The notes under the pieces were generated by a model. That model did no database searches. It was not told the origin of the DNA and saw nothing but the letters and a program-made list of their open reading frames with translations. From Octopus bimaculoides (Eukaryota): a stretch of 38,088 nucleotides of DNA. A program made the position numbers and the translations under genes. The number at the start of each line of letters is the position of its first letter. Positions within the stretch are counted from its first letter, which is position 1. Where the stretch lies: positions 46,894,034 through 46,932,121 of the forward strand of contig NC_069000.1 in NCBI RefSeq assembly GCF_001194135.2. Direction: 5' to 3'. Shown here in pieces: positions 31,215-38,088 of the stretch.

Positions 31215-31329
31215 ATAATAATAATGATGGATTCTCCCGTCGAATGTGACGTATGACCGTTCAGCTTTTGCCGGACGACCCGCACAAATGATTCGATTAA
31301 AGTGGTCAAATGTTCGTGCCGCACACAAG

Positions 31330-31790
31330 AAGGTAATATATACAAAATGATAGAATATTGAAGGAATTCATTCACCGTAGAGTTTGCTAAAGACCAGGAA
31401 GGAGTCCTTTCTGCCGTTAGAAATAACACATCAAGTCAATTCTCAAAATGGCTGAAAAAGAAGGGTGACTATGTAAGAAAGTGATATATAGAATGAGATG
31501 GAATATTAAAGGACTTGATTCACTAAAAAAGCTTCACTGAATTAACCACAGTGAAAAGATCACGGGGATGTTCTTTCCACCATTACAAAAGCTTTCTGAA
31601 GTCAACTCTTAAAATGGCTGAAGAAGTGTAACTATATAAGACTTAATATATTCAAAGAAGTAGAGAATTAAAGAATTCATTTCACTGAAAATTGTTCTTT
31701 AGTGAATTGACTATTGGAAAAAAGATCACAACGAAGTTCTTTCCGGCGTTGAAAAGACCAGATAAAGTCAACACTGAAAATGGTTGGCAT
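31330..31790 (+). repeat. Ancient ~166-bp tandem repeat, ~2.7 units
   Basis: AAGTCAA..CT.AAAATGG at 31433, 31599 and 31765; AAGATCAC at 31556 and 31722; GTTCTTTCC at 31570 and 31736 (all 166 apart). Confidence 0.8.
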
Positions 31791-32092
31791 TCAGACAAAA
31801 ATGTGACAAACTAAAGTCCGAAACCACTCCAACTGGTGCCACGCCATTACTATTGGAACTGACCGTAATCACAACACTTCCATCTTTGTCAGCACCACAA
31901 CCACCACCACCACCACTACTACTATCATTACCATCCCTATCACCAGCCTCACCACTACTACCACCACTCGTACCACTTTGCAATAAGAACAACAGTACAA
32001 GGGTTTGCCATTGTTTCATCTCGGAAACGTTTTCACAGCGAGGGATTGGTAGTGTCTTAGTCATACAGTTCACAAGCTGGAGTGTGTGCGCG

Positions 32093-32134
<42 letters not shown>

Positions 32135-32728
32135 NNNNNNNNNNNNNNNNNNNNNNNNNNNNNNNNNNNNNNNNNNNNNNNNNNNNNNNNNNNNNNNNNN
32201 NNNNNNNNNNNNNNNNNNNNNNNNNNNNNNNNNNNNNNNNNNNNNNNNNNNNNNNNNNNNNNNNNNNNNNNNNNNNNNNNNNNNNNNNNNNNNNNNNNNN
32301 NNNNNNNNNNNNNNNNNNNNNNNNNNNNNNNNNNNNNNNNNNNNNNNNNNNNNNNNNNNNNNNNNNNNNNNNNNNNNNNNNNNNNNNNNNNNNNNNNNNN
32401 NNNNNNNNNNNNNNNNNNNNNNNNNNNNNNNNNNNNNNNNNNNNNNNNNNNNNNNNNNNNNNNNNNNNNNNNNNNNNNNNNNNNNNNNNNNNNNNNNNNN
32501 NNNNNNNNNNNNNNNNNNNNNNNNNNNNNNNNNNNNNNNNNNNNNNNNNNNNNNNNNNNNNNNNNNNNNNNNNNNNNNNNNNNNNNNNNNNNNNNNNNNN
32601 NNNNNNNNNNNNNNNNNNNNNNNNNNNNNNNNNNNNNNNNNNNNNNNNNNNNNNNNNNNNNNNNNNNNNNNNNNNNNNNNNNNNNNNNNNNNNNNNNNNN
32701 NNNNNNNNNNNNNNNNNNNNNNNNNNNN

Positions 32729-33095
32729 GGTTCCGGGTTCACTCCCACTGCGTGGCACCTTGGGCAAGTGTCTTCTACTATAGCCTCGGGCCGACCAAAG
32801 CCTTGTGAGTGGATTTGGTAGACGGAAACTGAAAGAAGCCCGTCGTATATGTATGTATATATATATGTGTGTGTGTGTATGTTTGTGTGTCTGTGTTTGT
32901 CCCCCAACATCGTTTGACAACCGATGCTGGTGTGTTTACGTCCCCGTAACCTAGCGGTTCGGCAAAAGAGACCGATAGAATAAGTACTAGGCATCCAAAG
33001 AATAAGTCCTGGGGTCGATTTGCTCGACTAAAGGTGGTGCTCCAGCATGGCCGCAGTCAAATGACTGAAACAAGTAAAAGAGTAAAAGAGAGTAA
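32729..33095 (+). mobile_element. SINE family A copy (5' end lost in an N-gap)
   Basis: Nearly identical to 7058-7414, from GTTCCGGGTTCA through the AGTAAAAGAG tail. Confidence 0.85.
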
Positions 33096-35114
33096 TACAT
33101 ATAAGTATACATACATATATACATACATACATACATTTATACACACACACACACATATTCATGAATATACAAATATATACACATGCATACATGTATATAT
33201 ACGCACACACATGTCGATTTAAGAGCGTGTACAAGTGCATTTTCTGAAAGAAAGCGGGAGTGGAGACAGATAGGGATGGAGATAGATGTTTGATATAATA
33301 CGAGAGTTTATTCAGAAATAAGACATTTAAGTACCACATAACAGAAATACAGATTAAATAAGGAATATTGATGCTATACTGAAAAACAACAGCTAAACAC
33401 TTTCACAAACACACATAGATGAACAGAAGCTAACATTATGTTATCAGATACAACAGCCAGGAAGAAAATACACACACACAATATAATAATTACTGAGAAA
33501 TTGGATTAAAAAATAAAAACAAAACAATAGTTATCGATACACCAGTTGTGCCACACTTCAGTCGACGGTTTTAATGCAATCAGTTGAAATATAATTACGG
33601 CACAACAGTAATTTGAATCTACAATTGGGTCTTTTATTTGCTTTTTTCTTTTACTCCAAGTAAAAATTATGACAGTAATTGATAATGTTTATAATGCTAT
33701 TAGTTTTCGGCGTTTTATTTTATAATTTAATATTATTTATTATTTTAAAATAGCGTGCACGCCTATTGGCATATATATATATATATATATATTTACAAAC
33801 ACCCACCCACACACTCACACACGCACAAACACGCACATTCTTTCTGTCTCACTGTCTTATACACAAACATATTTATATACATGTATATANNNNNNNNNNN
33901 NNNNNNNNNNNNNNNNNNNNNNNNNNNNNNNNNNNNNNNNNNNNNNNNNNNNNNNNNNNNNNNNNNNNNNNNNNNNNNNNNNNNNNNNNNNNNNNNNNNN
34001 NNNNNNNNNNNNNNNNNNNNNNNNNNNNNNNNNNNNNNNNNNNNNNNNNNNNNNNNNNNNNNNNNNNNNNNNNNNNNNNNNNNNNNNNNNNNNNNNNNNN
34101 NNNNNNNNNNNNNNNNNNNNNNNNNNNNNNNNNNNNNNNNNNNNNNNNNNNNNNNNNNNNNNNNNNNNNNNNNNNNNNNNNNNNNNNNNNNNNNNNNNNN
34201 NNNNNNNNNNNNNNNNNNNNNNNNNNNNNNNNNNNNNNNNNNNNNNNNNNNNNNNNNNNNNNNNNNNNNNNNNNNNNNNNNNNNNNNNNNNNNNNNNNNN
34301 NNNNNNNNNNNNNNNNNNNNNNNNNNNNNNTATATATATATATAGGCATATGTATATATATGCGTGTGTATGTGTGTGCACGCGCGCGCGTAGGCTCATT
34401 AACCAACCAAATTATATATAGTTTATTAACATACTTTAGACGTGATTATTACAAAATTTAACCAGGCCACGGATTTCATTTTATAAGAGAAAAAATATGG
34501 CTCAATGCAATTAATTTACTTAATCAAGTAATCAATAAATATAATTAGAAATCTGCCCAGCTTGTCATAGTGGAATATTAGCCTTTCAATTCCAACCCGC
34601 TTCTCCTTAATATGTTGGAATTTAGCAAGAATTTAATCCCCATTCGTAATTTTGAAATTAGTGTTATAAATATCCTGAAGTTTTTACGAACATTAAAATT
34701 AAAAATGGTTTGGGATTAAGCATAATGGCAATGAGTTCTTTGATGTAGTTGTGGGATCATATGATGTGGCTGAGATTTGTGGGACAGTGGAAAGGAAATC
34801 TCATCTCGCAGAGTTTGGCCTTTGCACAGATGATATTAATTTTACACTCTATAAACGGCCATCAGTTTCATACGCCCAGGGAAGGTTTTATTGATACATT
34901 TAAAGAGATCTGCAATGAATACTTTCATACTTATTTCTTATAAATCGAAAGGACGAATTCCGTTCAGGAATCATTCTCTTATCATTGACATCCCCACCCC
35001 AAGACCAAAAACTGCCCAAGTGTCGCTAGATGTCACGAAAATACTCCTACGATTCCTTCAGGGGTGGAGGTCACACAGAACGGCATACCTCTGTTAAATT
35101 TTTCATTTATTGTT

Positions 35115-35298
35115 AGGGCGGTGAGCTTGCAGATTCGTTAGCACCTTCTGAGTTTCAATTCCTCCTTGGTCGACCCTGCTGCTCATTCTTTCGGTGGTTG
35201 ATAAAATAAGTACCAGCTGAATACTGGGGTTGATGTAATCGACTCAAACCCTCTCTCTGAAATTGCTGGCCTTGTGCCAAAATAGGAAACCAATATTC
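35115..35298 (+). mobile_element. SINE family B copy (internally deleted)
   Basis: GGCGGTGAGCTTGCAGATTCGTTAGCAC head; GATAAAATAAGTACCAG; tail TGCTGGCCTTGTGCCAAAA. Confidence 0.75.
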
Positions 35299-35304
35299 CT
35301 TTAC

Positions 35305-35416
35305 TTATAGTGAGAATTTACAAAAACATAAAAGAGACGAAGACGGGTGTGTAAACAACAAACAGATGTATTAGTTTAACGCTCGGGAAGTGAGAAAGTC
35401 TTTTACGTTTCGAGCT
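35305..35416 (-). mobile_element. Truncated repeat beginning with a half hammerhead-like motif (GCTCGAAACGTAAAAG)
   Basis: The minus strand reads GCTC-GAAAC-GTA-AAAGACTTTCTCACTTCCCGAGCG...; the CTGANGA half is absent. Confidence 0.35.
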
Positions 35417-36331
35417 TGTATATTGTCTCCAAGTTCTTCCACAATTCTCTTTGACTAAATTTACCAAACATCTTGACTATTTCTAACTAAAATTATTAAT
35501 TTAGGTGAACTGAAATTCACAGAATTCACCCCAAAACATCAACAAGTCAGTTGAACGCCAAACAATATAATTCTTTACTTTTTCACTTATTTTGTTGTGT
35601 GTGCGTGTGTGTGTGTGTTCTATGTGTGTTTATGTATGTTTGTTTACACTTGTGTGTGTGTGTGTTTATTTACGCGTGTTTTGTCATTTTTCTCAGTTTT
35701 CAATTAGCAATTAATTGTTACAATGTGTGAGTGTGTTCGTATGCATGTATGTGTTTGTGTGTGAGCGTGTACGTGTGTGAGCGCATATATGAGTATGTAC
35801 GCGCGCGCGCGCGTGTCTGTGCATGTATAAACAAATATCAGCATATTTGTGTATGCACCCGTGCGTATATAGATGCAGGTGTGTGCATATGTGCATATTA
35901 TGTGTACGTAGGTGTCTGTGTGATGAGAAATAATTTTAACCAAAGTCATTCCAGAATTTTCATTGTAAATTCAAAATCACAGTTTTTATCATAAAAATGC
36001 ATATATATAGTCTTTAACGTTGTGTGTGTGACTGTGTGTGTGTATAACATATACACATATATACATATATGTAGATATTCATATATATACATATATCTAT
36101 GTTATGTATGTGTGTGTATAACATATACACATATATACGTACATGTAGATATTTATATATACACATATATCTATGTTGTGTGTGTGTGTGTGTGTGTGTG
36201 TGTACATCCCCACAGACAGCCTGTTTATCACAGTCAGCCAGATTACCACTGACCTGAAATCGTATTGTTGTTAAATAACCTTCACCTTAAACGAGTAAAC
36301 AATTTGACAGTCAGCTTAAAATTGCAGAATG

Positions 36332-36368
<37 letters not shown>

Positions 36369-36500
36369 AAAGCCCGAATAGCTTGAAAACACTCTTCGGG
36401 TTCCCTCCGCGGTTGAACTCAAACCTTGCGCGTAGGCGGAAATTGCATAGAAGCCAGTCGGATGGGTTCTACCTGCAATATCAAATGTACAGCATTGTGA

Positions 36501-36552
36501 CACACTATATCACGCTGTGTCACACTGTGTCACGCTGTGTCACATTGTGTCA
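36501..36552 (+). repeat. 10-bp tandem repeat (CACRYTGTGT) x5
   Basis: cacactatat cacgctgtgt cacactgtgt cacgctgtgt cacattgtgt. Confidence 0.85.
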
Positions 36553-36860
36553 TGCCGATTCTGCCCGAGAATTACATTCAGGTGTTATTACAACTGTTAG
36601 TTTCACCAGGTTTAATACAGCGTATCTTCAGCATTCCATCCTCCGTTCCCGCTCTCAGGCCATCTAACCATCTTAATCGACTTTAAGAGGATTAGCTGAA
36701 TAGCCTATTTCTTAAGATCATCTTTAATCCTTACAACAGACGTACTAATTAAACATATTATCTCCCCTTAAGGATAATTCACATCTGATTAAGGCATTTC
36801 TGTTTATGCACGTGCGTATGTATGTTTGCATTTCTATATTTCTATGTCTATATTTATGAG

Positions 36861-36895
<35 letters not shown>

Positions 36896-37189
36896 ATATA
36901 TGTGTGTATGTATATGTGTGTGTGTGTCCCTGTTGCATATATTTTTGTGTGTATGTATTTATATGTGTTTGAGTGGATATAAGTATATTTGTATATACTT
37001 TGTGTGTGTGTATGTGTGCGTGAATATATCTGTTTGTTTCATGTATTCATGTATGCTTATTCAAGTGTGTTTCTATTTATTGGCGTGTTATGTATATGCC
37101 AGTTTATGTATGTGTTTATTTGTGTATGTGTGTGTGTGTATGCATTAGTAATTGCATTAATGATTGCATATATGTATTACGCTTGTGTG

Positions 37190-37345
37190 TACGTTCTGAG
37201 TTCAAATTCCGTCGAGGTCGACTTTGCCTTTCATCTTTTTGGGGTTGATAAATTAAGTACCAGATATACACTGGGGTCGATGTAATCGACTACTCCCCCG
37301 ACCCCCACACCGCCAAATTTCAAGCCTTGACCCTTAAGTGGAAAA
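37190..37345 (+). mobile_element. SINE family B 3' part
   Basis: TTCTGAGTTCAAATTCCGTCGAGGTCGACTTTGCCTTTCATC...ACTGGGGTCGATGTAATCGAC. Confidence 0.8.
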
Positions 37346-38032
37346 GGTATTTACGTGTATGTATACATGCGAATATTGGTGTGTATTGTGTATAATTGCG
37401 TGTATATGTTTATAAGTGTGTGTATATATATTTGTGCCTATCTTGGTGTTTGTTGTATGTTAATGTGTTTTTGTGTATGTTTTGGTACCAGTGTTTGCGC
37501 CTATATGTTTGTGTGTGTGCATGTGTGTGTGTATGTATGTATGTATTTATTAATTGGCATTCTGTGTTCATGTGTGTGTGCTGTATGTGCGCGTGTATAT
37601 ATGTGTGTGTGTGTGTGTGTTTACGATCGTTGTGTGTCAGTGTTTACGTTTGTTGGAATATGGATGGGAGTGTATATATGTGTGTGTGTGTGTGTGTTCA
37701 TTATATGGTTAAATGTGAGTGTACGTGTGTGGATGTATGTGTATGTATGTGTGTATAGTATGTGTGTTACGCGTGTAGAATGTGTATGTATTTGTTTCTG
37801 TCTGTGAACGTTCGTGCATGTATGTATTCGATTGTCTGTGCATGCTTGTATGTGTACGTATGTGTGTGTATCTCTCTCTCTCTCTCTGTTTCATTTTCTC
37901 GGTTCCTGTGCGTATGGGTGGGTTGGTGTGTGCATACCTCTATGTGTGTGTGTGTGTGTGTATTTCTCTCGCCCTGTCTTTCACTGTCTCATTCTTTCTC
38001 TTCCTCCCACTCTCCGTCTCTCCTTTTCTCTC

Positions 38033-38088
<56 letters not shown>

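Overview
This is an AT-rich, microsatellite-dense eukaryotic window from a gapped short-read assembly, with nine N-gaps, almost all bordered by (TA)n/(TG)n. The repeat landscape resembles Octopus or another coleoid cephalopod (inference, no search run). I can support one protein-coding gene: a six-exon, minus-strand N4BP1/KHNYN-family RNase, CDS join(complement 24809-25012, 19111-20471, 17072-17302, 16355-16462, 15782-15910, 14700-14994). It is 2328 nt (775 aa), all introns are GT-AG, and the domain order is KH-like, UBA-like, NYN/PIN with intact catalytic Asp motifs, then a C-terminal CoCUN/CUBAN-like domain. The rest is two tRNA-type SINE families, two internally deleted Tc1/mariner elements, a TTAA-flanked MITE, Penelope-like and RTE-like remnants, foldback elements, minisatellites and a tRNA-like pseudogene. 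The least expected signal is a set of hammerhead-ribozyme-like motifs. The best one has a canonical GUC site, lies on the sense strand of N4BP1 intron 1, and sits inside a ~415-bp foldback whose other arm carries a homologous copy in the opposite polarity. All folds were read by eye and need computational and biochemical testing. Nearly all ORF-track entries are microsatellite or N-gap artefacts.
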